DNA of 64,000 nucleotides from Paraspadella gotoi (taxonomy: Eukaryota > Animalia > Chaetognatha). Shown one piece after another: positions 1 to 12,429 of the stretch. The first letter of the stretch is position 1. The number at the start of each line of letters is the position of its first letter. The stretch spans positions 10,776,036 through 10,840,035 of the forward strand of contig CM119270.1 of assembly GCA_051294375.1 (NCBI GenBank). Reading direction: 5' to 3'. The notes under the pieces are model-generated. The model saw only the letters and a list, made by a program, of their open reading frames with translations. It did no database searches and was not told where the DNA came from. The position numbers were made by a program, and so were the translations under genes.

Positions 1-410
1 TAAAGGTGGCCGTTGAAGTAATACCTATACAGATCACGTGAGCGGTGAACGTCTTAGAATTTTCATTTTCTCACCAAAACTTATTTTGGCTTTTCGTGAA
101 ACGAAATAAAAAGATACAATGTCAGTGAAAGATAGTTTTTGGGTGAAGATTTCTAATCGGGTTTCAGCGAAGGCAATTCACTTTGGAACATTGTGTCACA
201 AAATTAGGCAAAGAGAGAGGTGACGTTTTCTATGGCTGAATCAGTCGTAAAACCTCATTGAGGCCATTGCAGAACATCTAGAAACTCAAAAGATGGAATC
301 AAGTGAAATCGGATACAATCGGATCAAAGATTCGGGGAAAAATCACCGAAAATGGAATTGAGTTCTCTGATTGGAGGAGACCCAGATGGAACCGGCCAAT
401 AGGCGGATGA

Positions 411-450
411 GTAAGCGGTGAGATTCGAACCCAAGCCTCCGAAGAGACTG
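411..450 (-). pseudogene. 3' half of a tRNA-Leu (variable arm, T-arm, acceptor strand); fragment only
   Basis: Minus strand reads CAGTCTCTTCGGAGGCTTGGGTTCGAATCTCACCGCTTAC, closely matching the 3' half of eukaryotic tRNA-Leu(AAG/TAG) as I recall it (CAGTCTCTTCGGAGGCGTGGGTTCGAATCCCACCGCTG), B-box GGTTCGAATC included. No D-arm or anticodon upstream. Confidence 0.7.
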
Positions 451-1506
451 AAAATATTTTATTGTTTAAAACTTGGAAATTCTCCGCATGCCTATTGGGC
501 TTCCCAGGGTTAGGGCCAAGTTCGACCTTCCAGAGTTTTTGATGTCTTCAATTTATTTAAATTCAAGTTTCTGCTGCTCCTTTTTGTTTGGGAGTCAATT
601 TGGCGGAGAATGGATGGCGATCTCCTCGAATTCCCTTACGCTGANNNNNNNNNNNNNNNNNNNNNNNNNNNNNNNNNNNNNNNNNNNNNNNNNNNNNNNN
701 NNNNNNNNNNNNNNNNNNNNNNNNNNNNNNNNNNNNNNNNNNNNNNNNNNNNNNNNNNNNNNNNNNNNNNNNNNNNNNNNNNNNNNNNNNNNNNNNNNNN
801 NNNNNNNNNNNNNNNNNNNNNNNNNNNNNNNNNNNNNNNNNTCTCTCTCTCTTTCTCTTCCCCTTTCTCCCCAATGATGTCCGTGGCTAACACTTCATCA
901 TCGTCCTCGTCATCGTCGTGGTCCTCATCGTCGTCTTCGTCGCCGTCGTCGTCATCATCGTCTTGTTATTCTCGTTCTCCTACATCATAATCCTCGTCCT
1001 TGACATTTTTTCTGCCCCTTCCTCCATCACTCTTTCTCTTCCTCTTTCCTCTCATTGTCCTGATCTGATATTCATCATTCTTCGCCCGACTTACCTCGCG
1101 CAGACAACCACTTCGCTTTCCACCAACCAACTACGACGACAATGTAACTAAATTCCCTCTTTACGTCTTCAACTCCACTCATGTAGCCATCTGAGTTTTC
1201 CAACACAATATTTGGTTTTACTTGATATTCTTTATCTTTTCGGGGAGGTATTACAACATCAAATCCGAAACTACATCAGATTCCAAATCCGTGCTCTTCC
1301 TTGTCACCACCACTTATCCACTTGTTATTACATAACCACCACCTTCTCTTCCTGTTTCCACTTCCAATTCTACCTCCATTTGATTCCTCCACCACCTCTA
1401 CCTCTGCCGCCTCCACCGCCCAATTCTGTTTACGCAGATTCCCGGTTGTTTACGCTTCCGGTTTCGTTGAAACCACGTGACTCACGTCCCGGGCTTTTGT
1501 TTCAAA

Positions 1507-1611
1507 CGTGGCGCGTCGTGGCGTGGCTTGGCGCGAGGTGGAGCCTAGTTGCGTGGCGCGTCGTGGCGTGGCTTGGCGCGCGGTGGAGTGTCGAAGCGTG
1601 GCGCGTTGCGG
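1507..1611. repeat. GC-rich 45-bp tandem repeat (about 2.3 copies), possibly the subterminal array of a DNA transposon
   Basis: Unit CGTGGCGCGTCGTGGCGTGGCTTGGCGCG(A/C)GGTGGAG... at 1507 and 1552, partial at 1597; abrupt GC island in AT-rich DNA. Transposon origin is inference. Confidence 0.6.
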
Positions 1612-2992
1612 ATTGCCAGTGACAAGTACCCGATCGCCAAATTTAAAAAAAAAATTTAAATAGCCTGGAAAGCACATCGTAAAAAGTTTTTTTTAAAAAT
1701 AATATCTTATTACTTTAATAGTTTTACAAAAACCATTACATACAGTAATCAATATAATTATTTTTAACTTATACTAGGTCCAATATGGCTTTCTACCGTA
1801 AATGCATTTTTTAAAGTAATAAATAAAAAAAATAAAAAAATAATCATAAACAACAGAGAAAAAATAGTAAAAATTAAAAGAAAGAATGATATAAAAATAA
1901 AAAATAAAACCAAAACAAAAATTTAAGAAATACAAAGAAATACAAAAAAAAAAANNNNNNNNNNNNNNNNNNNNNNNNNNNNNNNNNNNNNNNNNNNNNN
2001 NNNNNNNNNNNNNNNNNNNNNNNNNNNNNNNNNNNNNNNNNNNNNNNNNNNNNNNNNNNNNNNNNNNNNNNNNNNNNNNNNNNNNNNNNNNNNNNNNNNN
2101 NNNNNNNNNNNNNNNNNNNNNNNNNNNNNNNNNNNNNNNNNNNNNNNNNNNNNNNNNNNNNNNNNNNNNNNNNNNNNNNNNNNNNNNNNNNNNNNNNNNN
2201 NNNNNNNNNNNNNNNNNNNNNNNNNNNNNNNNNNNNNNNNNNNNNNNNNNNNNNNNNNNNNNNNNNNNNNNNNNNNNNNNNNNNNNNNNNNNNNNNNNNN
2301 NNNNNNNNNNNNNNNNNNNNNNNNNNNNNNNNNNNNNNNNNNNNNNNNNNNNNNNNNNNNNNNNNNNNNNNNNNNNNNNNNNNNNNNNNNNNNNNNNNNN
2401 NNNNNNNNNNNNNNNNNNNNNNNNNNNNNNNNNNNNNNNNNNNNNNNNNNNNNNNNNNNNNNNNNNNNNNNNNNNNNNNNNNNNNNNNNNNNNNNNNNNN
2501 NNNNNNNNNNNNNNNNNNNNNNNNNNNNNNNNNNNNNNNNNNNNNNNNNNNNNNTTATTCGCCGTCCTTTTTTTCTTCTGAGCGACTTAATTTGCATTTG
2601 AAGGCGCGGCTCTTGTTTTGTTTGGCGGATTCGTGGAATCAGATGGAAGTCTTGAAGTTTTGACACCAAACGAAGTTGAAAAAATTTAAAGATGGCGTGA
2701 ATGAACGAGTAAAAAAGGGAAAAAATGGAACTGATAATTATTCAAGAACGAAAAAAATTCAAAGAGGAACAAAAACTTCGAGCTGAATAAAAAAAGTCTT
2801 TTTTTTAATTCATTGTCGTAAAGATTCTCTAACGCTTTAATTCATTTGTCAAATTTCCGCGATCCATCCTTCCCAAGTTTATGTCAAAATTTTTTTTCAC
2901 ATTATTTTTTCATTTTTCTTTGGGTCTGAATTAATTTTGCTCGTGACTCTCATCCTCCCTTTCATCGTAAAATTCATCCGTTGCCTCGTTAA

Positions 2993-2993
<1 letters not shown>

Positions 2994-3073
<80 letters not shown>
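2994..3073. repeat. Pure (CCG)n trinucleotide tract, about 26 units
   Basis: Uninterrupted cgc/ccg run seen directly. Confidence 0.95.
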
Positions 3074-3074
<1 letters not shown>

Positions 3075-3617
3075 CGAGCGAGTAAAACGCGGAAAATTGC
3101 TGGATCATTTCTCGAAAATGATGGAAAATGGGCTCAACGTTGGATCTTTCGGGGGGAAAATTTTGGGAAAAATGAGGTTTAATCCCGCAGGAAACAATCA
3201 GTTTTCGTGACTGAGGAACGGAAACCGGGAACCGCGGATTCTGAAAAAATATTCTTCTAAAAGTTTTAAAAGCTGATAAAGAAACTATAATACATTTACA
3301 TTTCTTGACGTATACATAATATTTATAAATTGACACTTGTTTCTGCATAAAAATATTTATCGATCTTAATTAATTTGATATCAGAATGCAGATCAACAAC
3401 ACCGATAACCGCATTTTATTGTTAAAACAATCTTATAACAATACTAAACTCATTTATCAGTCCGATGGGAAAAAAAATTGTGAACTAATTTCTGAGAAAA
3501 AGAAAGAGAAGGATTGAAACGGGAAAGAATGAAAGAAGCAGCAAATGAAGAGTAATGAATCTCTGGCAGATAAAAAGAATAAAGAGAAAGAGGGAGTGAA
3601 GGAGAGTGAGAGAAATC

Positions 3618-3669
<52 letters not shown>

Positions 3670-4268
3670 GAAAGAGAGAGAGCAAAGAATAACAAACCGT
3701 TTGTATTTCTGATTCTGCGGTGAAGAAAGAAGAAAGAGTCTACAGACGCCGTTAGTGTTTCTGTTTCTTCTTGGAAGGAAAGAGTAAATTATTTACTTTG
3801 TTTATTAAACTAGGGTAGAGAATAATTGTCTCGACTGCTTAGGGAGAATGAATGATTTTTTTTGTGTCGAATATTGACGTCAAAATATCGTCGAACGAAC
3901 AAGTGATGCTTAGTGAGAGATTTATTCTTTCTCTCNNNNNNNNNNNNNNNNNNNNNNNNNAAAGAGAGAGAATGAGAGAGAGAAGAGAAGAGAAGAAGAC
4001 GAGAGACGAGCAGAGAGAGAGAGAGCGTGCTTAGAAACTTCGGTCGGTCTTTCAAACGCTTTCTTGAGACTTGTGCGTATTATCCTATTACTCGCTTGTT
4101 CGCTTGGTTTTGCGAGTACCTTTCAAGCATTTTCTATAGATAAATGTTTTACACACTAAAATCGCTGCAAGATTGTGAAAGGCTAGTGACCAAATTTACG
4201 AATTGTGAACGATCTAACTCTAGCTTAATCAATTTGGAGAAACGAGAAACGAGAAAGGAAGAAAGGGG

Positions 4269-4309
<41 letters not shown>

Positions 4310-5353
4310 CTGAGATTCACCGATCGGGAACAGCAAGAATCACCCAGATCGCTGGCAACCAAAAACGAAAAGTGACTGAATGAGTTGCAACTCCGGATCA
4401 ACGAAAGGTTGAACGGTGAGGTCAGCAACAAAGGCGTTGGGTAGCCGGAAGGAAGATGTTTCACACCGAAAAACAACAAACAACAACAAACAACCAAAAA
4501 GAAAAAAAATATCAAAACAATAAAACAATCGACGCAACGTCGGCCTTCTCGACAGACAGAGACATGCGCGGTCGTTTTCGGATGACTAAAACGGAGACTC
4601 GTTTCACGTTTCTACCCGCTTTCTTCGACACGGGACACACTAAACACATGGGGAAAAATGACTTTGTCTCGTCGCAAGACGGCGATGTGCAACTTGTATA
4701 TTACGCTTCACAATTCATAACAACGTCCTGTAACCCCGTTATCAGGCGGGCGATGCTAGCTTTGAGTCGCTGCAAAACGAACTACATCTTCCTTTTGAGT
4801 CGTTCTCCAAAGCTTATGACTCAATGACCTGACGAAAGGACGACGAATAACGCTGAAACTATTGGCCGAAATGCGTAGGAAAATCTAAAGTACGGTCAAA
4901 ATAACTAATCGGCTAAAGGGATAAATAAGAAAACTGAGGCAGGCCATGAATAATTTACACGCACCCTAAATAAGCACTGCACACTTAGTTTTACAATGAT
5001 CTCATTAATTCAAATGATTAATAACTTCCACCGTCGTCATCAAAACATTTTCGCTCATCCCTGTTATAATTCAGTCGCATTCAGTTTTTAGTTATACCTC
5101 TAGATTAATCCTCGTATCCATCTGAATCCTTTCTTCAGCTATTAGTTTATCTCTCCCCATTTTGCCGTATTTCATCGACAACCTTTCTTATCGCTTCACT
5201 CTTCTCTCATCCCTCTCCTGCTTTGCCTGAGCGGAGTCGCAGTCTTTTCAAATGACGAATGACTACCGTATTCAGACGATTTTTTTCTCTCTTTCACAAA
5301 AGAATCAGGTTCAAAGGGAAAAAGCAAGGCGCGTGGTCCGACTGATCAGCAAG

Positions 5354-5390
<37 letters not shown>

Positions 5391-6164
5391 CAGGGGGCGA
5401 CACGGAGAAGATTCGAATTGAATGCAATTGTATTAGGAAACGGGCTTTAGCTTTCGAGAGAACGAGAGAGAGAGAGAGACGAGGAAGAACGTGAGAAGAG
5501 AGAAGAGAACGAACAGAAGTGCCACAGATACGATGATAACGATCCCGTTAATTTGTTTTTACCCTACTTATGATCATTTTACTTCATCGTCGCCATATTT
5601 CTGATTTCAATACACTCGGCTTCTATAGTTGCGTTTGGTACTAGGCAGACCTGAGTACGTCTCCATGAGGCAACGCCGTCGATCAGTGGAGGGATAAATC
5701 GCAGGTGAGTTTGATATGGTAATTTTAATAATTTCAGTTACAAACTTGCGATTTTTGGAAACATTTTCTTTACATATCTTTATTTTTCTTATTTTTTAAT
5801 GCAAAATTAAAATTCTGAATGACAGTTGACAGATCGAATATTTTTTTCAAAATCTGCTTAATGTAGTATTTACTGTAATCTATTCTAAGCGCGAATCATA
5901 ATTTGCATAGTATTTGTCCAGCAAAACTGTCAAGAAGGATGGCTTGTTAATCAATGGTCAGACGAAGTAATTCAAGTGGCCAATCTTTTTATTCGTTTTA
6001 TTTTTCATTAGCGTCAAAAATCAAGGCAGAAAACATCATTTTAACTAGGAACAATCGGCGCGTCATTTGTGAAAGTAAACTGAATGAATGATAAATGAAT
6101 GAAATGCATGATGAACTGAATGAATGAATAATAATGAAATCACTTCTTTATATTTCAGATTGAC

Positions 6165-6313
6165 TTTTCTGAATGAGGAACTTGTCTCTGCTGAGCGACG
6201 TCACGGAGCCTTTGGAGGTATTCGTTGGCGGAGATCGAGATGAGGTGGGGTGTGATTGGAACCCACGTCCCCTGCAGGCCACTCAGATCAGAAGGACGTG
6301 CATCCCCGCGACT
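6165..6313 (-). pseudogene. Inverted, indel-ridden duplicate of exon 6407-6554; retains the native splice acceptor
   Basis: Minus strand reads (tc)n-ctcccctcctccatcacag|TCGCGGGG... then a frameshifted version of the same exon. Confidence 0.75.
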
Positions 6314-6327
6314 GTGATGGAGGAGGG

Positions 6328-6358
<31 letters not shown>

Positions 6359-6368
6359 AGAAGAAGAG

Positions 6369-6404
<36 letters not shown>

Positions 6405-6406
6405 AG

Positions 6407-6554
6407 TCGCGGGGGAGTGCACGTTCGATCTGGAGTGGCGAGGGACGTGGTTCCAATCCAACACCCCCGACCTCATCTCGATCTCCGCCAATCGAATATC
6501 CTCCAAAGGGTCGTGCGTCGCTCAGGACAGAGACAAGTTCCTCATTCAGCAAAA
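6407..6554 (+). CDS. Exon A of a Cys-rich uncharacterised protein (DUF7044/DUF7042-repeat, LP06548p-like family)
   Basis: Open frame AGECTFDLEWRGTWFQSNTPDLISISANRISSKGSCVAQDRDKFLIQQ(K), ending at a strong donor AA|GTAAGT in phase 2 that joins exon 53630 in frame. CxFxxxWxGxWFQ...KGxC fits my recollection of the family N-terminus; not database-verified. Confidence 0.8.
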
Positions 6555-9500
6555 GTAAGTCTGAAAATAAAGAAAGTGATTTCATTAATTCATTCATTCA
6601 TTCATTCATTCATGCATTCATTCATTTATCCATTCATTCAGTTTTACTTCACAAATGACGGCAGATTTGTTCCAGTTAAAATGATTTTCTGCCTTATTTG
6701 ACGCTAAGAAAAATAAAACGAAAAAAAAAGATTGGCCATTGAATTGACTTTGTCTGACCATTTGTATTAACAAGCCATCCCTTCTTGACAGTTTTGCTGG
6801 ACAAATACATGCAAATTATGATTCGGCTAGAATGATACAGTAAAATACAGTAAGCAGATTTTGAAAAAAATATTCGACTTGTCAAACGTCATTCAGAATT
6901 TTAATTTTGCATTAAAAATAAAGAAAATAATAAAGATGATAAAGAAAAAAGATGGTTCCAAAATCGAATGTCTTGAAGCTGAAATTTTTCAAAATACAAT
7001 TCCAAACTCAACCTGGCGACGTTTTTATCCCTCACTGGATCGACGGCCGTTGCCACTCATGGAGACAGTACCTCAGGTCTCCGAGTACCAAACGCCAACT
7101 ATAGCTGAAAGATTATGAATCAAATATGGCGACGAGTGAAGTAAAAATGATCATAAGTAGGGTAAAAACCAAATTAAGCGTGATCTTACTCATCGTTGTA
7201 TTCTGTTCGCAGTCTCTCTCTCTCTCTCTCTCTCTCGTTACTCATCGTATGATCAATTCTGTTTCGGCCGTTCTCTCTTTCTCTCTCTCTTTCTCTCTCT
7301 CCTCTCTCTCTCTCTCCTGCTCTCTCTCAAAGCCTAAAGCCCGTTTTCCTTAATACAATTCATTCATTCAATTCCTCTCTCTCTCTCTCTCTTCTTCTCT
7401 CGTCTCTCTCCTTTCTATCATCGACCACCCGCCTTCTTTTTCTCCTTTTGAACCTGATTTCTTTGTGAAAAGAGAGAAAAAAATCGTCTGAATTACGGTA
7501 GTAGTCATTCGTCATTTGAAAAAGGACTCGACTCTCTCAGGCAAAGCGGATGAGGGAAGGAGAGAGAAGAGTGAAGATAGAAAGGTGTCGAATGAAATAC
7601 CGCAAAAGGGGAAGAGTAAACTAATAAGCTGAGAAAAGGATTCAGATGAGATAGAGATAGATCTAGTATAACTAAAACTGAATGCGACTGAAAGATAACA
7701 GGATGACGAAAATGTTTGTGAGGTTGGAAGTTATTATCATTTGAATTTAATGGAATCATTGTAAAACTAAAGGTGTCATGCTTATTAGAGGTGGTGTGAA
7801 ATATTATGCTCGCTCAGTTTTCTTTATTTATCCTCTTAGCCGATTAGTATTTTTTGACCGTACTTAGATTTCTCTCACGCATTTCGNNNNNNNNNNNNNN
7901 NNNNNNNNNNNTTTCTCTTCTCTCTCTTTCTCTCTCTCGTCTCTCTCTCTCTCGTCGTCTCGTCTCTCTCTCGTCCTCTCTCGAAAGCTGAAAGCCCGTC
8001 CTAATACAAGTCGCAGATTCAATCGAATGTCTTCTCTCTCTCTCGTCGTCGTCTCGTCTCTCTCTCTCTCTCGTCTCTCTCTCGTCTCTCTCTCTCTCTC
8101 GTCTCTCTCTCTCTCTCTCTCCTTCTATCATCGACCACCCGCCTTCTTTTTTCCCTTTTGAACCTGATTTCTTTGTGAAAAGAGAGAAAAAAATCGTCTG
8201 AATTACGGGTAGTCATTCGTCATTTGAAAAAGGACTCGACTCTCTCAGGCAAAGCGGGATGAGGGAATGAGAGAGAAGAGTGAAGCGATAGAAAGGTTGT
8301 CATGAAATACGCAAAAGGGGAAGAGATAAACTAATAGCTGAGAAAGGATTCAGATGGATAGAGATAGATCTGAGTATAACTAAAAACTGAATGCGACTGA
8401 AGATAACAGGATGACGAAAATGTTTTTGATGACACGTTGGAAGTTATTATCATTTGAATTTAATGAATCATTGTAAAACTAAATGTGGTCATGCTTATTG
8501 AGGTGGTGTGAAATATTATGCTCGCCTCAGTTTTCTTATTTATCCTCTTAGCCGATTAGTATTTTTGACCGTACTTAGATTTTCCTCACGCATTTCGGCC
8601 AAATAGTTTCTGGTTATTTCGTCGTCCTTTGTCAGTCTTGAGTCATAATTTGGAGAGACTCAAAAGGAGTATTTAGTTCGTTTTTTGCCAATCTCAAAGT
8701 AGCATCGCCCGTCCTCAACGGGTTTTACAGGACTTTTATGATATTTTGAAGTAAATACAAGTTTGACATCGCCTCTTGCGACGAGACAAAAGTCATTTTT
8801 CCCCATGTGTTTTTAGGGCCCTTCGAAGAGAAGCGGAGAGAAACGTGAAACGAGTTCCTTTTATTTCATCCGAAAACGACCGCGCATTGTCTCTGTCCGC
8901 CTGTCGAGAAGCCGACGTTTTGGTCATTTGTTTTGATATGTTTTGATTTTTTCTTTTTTGTGTTGTTTTTTTGTTTGTTGTTTTCGGTTGTGAAACATCT
9001 TCCTTTCGCACCCAACTTTTTGTGACCTACACCGTTCGAACCTTTCGTTGATCCGCAGTTCAACTCTTCAGTACACTTTTCGTTTTTGTCCACATTCTGG
9101 GTGATTTCTTTTGCTGTTCCCGATCGGTGAATCTCCTCTCTCTTCTCTCTCTCTCTCTCTCTCTCTCTGTCATCTCTCCCCCTCTCTTTCCCTTTCTCCG
9201 TTTCTCTTTCTCCAAATGATTAAGCTAGAGTTAATCGTTCATCAATTCAAATTTGGTCACCTTACCTTCACAATCTTGCAGCAGATTATTAGTTGTAAAA
9301 TTTATCTATAAAATGCTTGAAAGGTACTCCAAGAGACCAACGAACAAAGCGAGTAAAAATGGAATTACGCACAAGTCTCAAGAAAGCTTTGAAAGACACC
9401 GAGAGTTTCTAAGCACGCCCTCCCTCTCTCTCTCTCTCTCGTCTTCTCGTCTCTCTTCTCTTCTCTTCTCTCTCTCATTCTCTCTCTTTGCCAAATAGTT

Positions 9501-10027
9501 TCTGGTTATTTCGTCGGTCCTTTGTCAGTCTGTGAGTCATAATTTGGAGAGACTCAAAAGGAGTATTTAGTTCGTTTTTTGCCAATCTCAAAGTAGCATC
9601 GCCCGTCCTTAACGGGTTTTACAGGACTTTTTATGGATATTTGAAGTAAAATACAAGTTTGACATCGCCTCTTGCGACGAGACAAAAGTCATTTTTCCCC
9701 ATTGTTTTTATTCGCCTTCGAAGAGAAGCGCGAGTAGAAACGTGGAAACGATTCCCTTTTATTCGATCCGAAACGACCGCGCCATGTCTCTGTCGCTGTC
9801 GGAGAAGCCGACGTTTTCGGTCATTTGTTTTTTTTGTTTTGATATTTTTGTTTTCTTTTTTTGTTGTTGTTGTTGTTTGTTGTTTTCGGTGTGAAACATC
9901 TTCCTTTTTCCGCTACCCAACCTTTTGTGACTCACACGTTCAACCTTCGTGATCCGGATTCAACTCATTCATCACTTTTCGTTTTTGTTCCACATCTTGG
10001 GTGATTCTTGGTGTTCCGATCGGTGAA

Positions 10028-10073
<46 letters not shown>

Positions 10074-10308
10074 CCCCTTTCTTCCTTTCTCCCTTTCTCG
10101 TTCTCTCCAAATTGATTAAGCTAATTAATCGTTCATCAATTTCCTAAATTTGGTCACCTAGCCTTTCCACAATCTTTCACATTGTTATGTAAAACATTTA
10201 TCTATAAAAATCCTGAAATACTCCAAGAGACCAACACAAACGAGTAAAAATGGAATTACGCACAAGTCTCAAGAAAGCTTTAAAGACCACCGAGAGTTTC
10301 TAAAAGCA

Positions 10309-10351
<43 letters not shown>

Positions 10352-10997
10352 TATTCTTCCCCTAGTCCCAGAAAGCGATTTTCTTCGCTCATAGCCAGAG
10401 AGAGAGAAAAAATTCCATCTTGTTTGTTTACTTTTCCATCGGCGCTAGAAATCTTTTTTATGATTGGCACCACATCTTTTTCTCATCACCATCTTTTTCA
10501 AACACGAGCGAGAGAAGGGGAGAGAGACGAGGAAAATACTGTAAATGTCGGTAACCAAATTGAATAATAAGGAAAGTCAGCCTTGAAAAATATAAATGAT
10601 ATTTCGTGTAGTACGCATGTACGACTTCTCTTTCTCTTTCTTTCTCCGTCTTTGTCTGGCTCTCTGTCGGTCTGCTTGTCTCACTGTCTGTCTCTCACTC
10701 TCTCTCGTTTTGTTATTCTCTCTCTCAGTATCTTTCTCTCTCAGTCTCCCATTCCTCTTATCTACCTCCATCTCTTTCACGAGCCATTGATCCGCAAATA
10801 CCTTCTTTCCTCTTTTTAGAGAGGATTACTAAAGACGTTAAAAGAAGGAAAACAAGAAATCACGATTCTCTCTCTCTCTCTCTCTCTCTCTTTTTCTCTC
10901 TCTCTCTATCTCTTTCCTTTCTCTCCTCCGTTTAAACCGCGCGTGCATTTCAGAAAACATTTCTTTCTTATTTTCTGCTCCATTTCATTTCTTAAGC

Positions 10998-11535
10998 GTC
11001 AATAACAATAACAATTAACAAATAACAATAACAAAACAAAAACAATACTTTGAGATGCAGTATTCAATAACATGGCAAGCACGAATTGACAGACCAGACA
11101 CAGAGTGACATAATGTAAACGACAGTAATGAAAGACAAAGCTAAGTCTTCGGTCCTTTTCTCGAATTCCGAGAAATAGTCACTCGGCGGCGGAGAAATTG
11201 ATGATCGCGGAAGAAGAAAGAAGAAAAGAACAACATCAACGAGAAATACGGATGGAGAATACGGATGGAGAACTAGAAACAACAAAAGTATAGAGAATAA
11301 CAAGAAAACAAGAAAACAATAAACAATAACAATAACAATTACAATAACAATAACAAGAAACAATACTTTGAGAATGCAGGTATTCAATAACATTGCAATC
11401 ACATTAACAGACCAGACACAGAGTACCATAATGTAAACGAAGTAATGAAAGACAAAGCTTAAGTTGCCAGCATAAGAATACAATCAATGAGACGAAAAAT
11501 AAGGGAAAATAGTATAATTTGCGATCACATTAATG
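10998..11535. repeat. Third partial copy of the 19096-21941 block (matches ~21400-21940); contains an internal ~130-bp direct repeat
   Basis: Near-identical to 21400-21940 and ends at the 25-N gap 11536-11560. Motif aacaatactttgag...gaaagacaaagct occurs at ~11040 and ~11360. Confidence 0.85.
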
Positions 11536-12429
11536 NNNNNNNNNNNNNNNNNNNNNNNNNTCTTAATTATGAAAGGCTCCACGTACGATCGATGTCTTTT
11601 TAGACAACGAAAATCTGAAACTTCAATTTCAATTACCATCTTTTCTTTATCTCATTAGTTAGTATGAAGCTTTACTTCATTTAAAAAAACGGTGTCTCAA
11701 GTTATTCCTTCTTATCACTTAGAACTTCCCTGGTAAATTTTCTATGAGTTAAAAATACGGTAAGACATTGGTTTCTTCAATGATTGTTTATTAATCTTAT
11801 TAACTGCCGTTTTAATTTTAGATATAAGTTATGTTCGAATTTTATATTGGTAAAGATAATTTTTTAAAGAATCGAATTCTCATAGGCAGTGATTCTATTT
11901 GGTTATTTTTCAACAGATTTTGGAACTTTACTTACTATTATGTCTTTTTTCCCACTGATTAAATATGGAAACTGTGGAGCGAACATATAGAACATGCAAA
12001 CCTCCGGTCAAACCACTTTGACCCTAACAACTTGGACCCGCTCGTCTCCCCAGTTTATTTGTTGCGTCAAAACGTTGACCTTTGTAAATAACCATTGTAA
12101 TAGACTTTATCATCGGAGCATTTTGATGTTATTGTTTATAAACCTTGTTGGAAAGAATAAATTCATTTCTTGATCTGCAAACTTGTATCGTCCCATACGT
12201 GGTTGAGCCCGGTGATAAAAAAAAAAACGAAAAATAAAACGGAAAAGCGAAAAACAAAAAGGAAACACAAAATAACCAGAAAAAAAAACAAAAAAACAAA
12301 AAAAAACGGACAACAACTCAACCAAAACAGAATAAACTTTTCCGCGTTTGTTCCATTTTTTAAAATTTTTTTCTCTCCCAGCGTAACTCTTTAACGCATC
12401 AAATCTTTTTTCTTTTTTTTCTTCAATGC

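Larger units (their letters stand above)
3961..10320. repeat. Fold-back inverted duplication cluster centred ~6330-6405 with redundant overlapping copies
   Basis: 3961-6313 is the reverse complement of 6405-7886 (covering ~4860-6313), 7912-9490 (~3961-5500) and 9490-10320 (~4020-4870). Copies differ mainly by 1-bp indels; boundaries coincide with 25-N gaps at 3936-3960 and 7887-7911. Confidence 0.9.

Noticed and set aside
6314-6335. PacBio adapter remnant at the fold-back (ggaggagggg-gagagag)
   Set aside because: Better explained as the reverse complement of exon A's acceptor; the AACAACAAC part of the adapter is missing.
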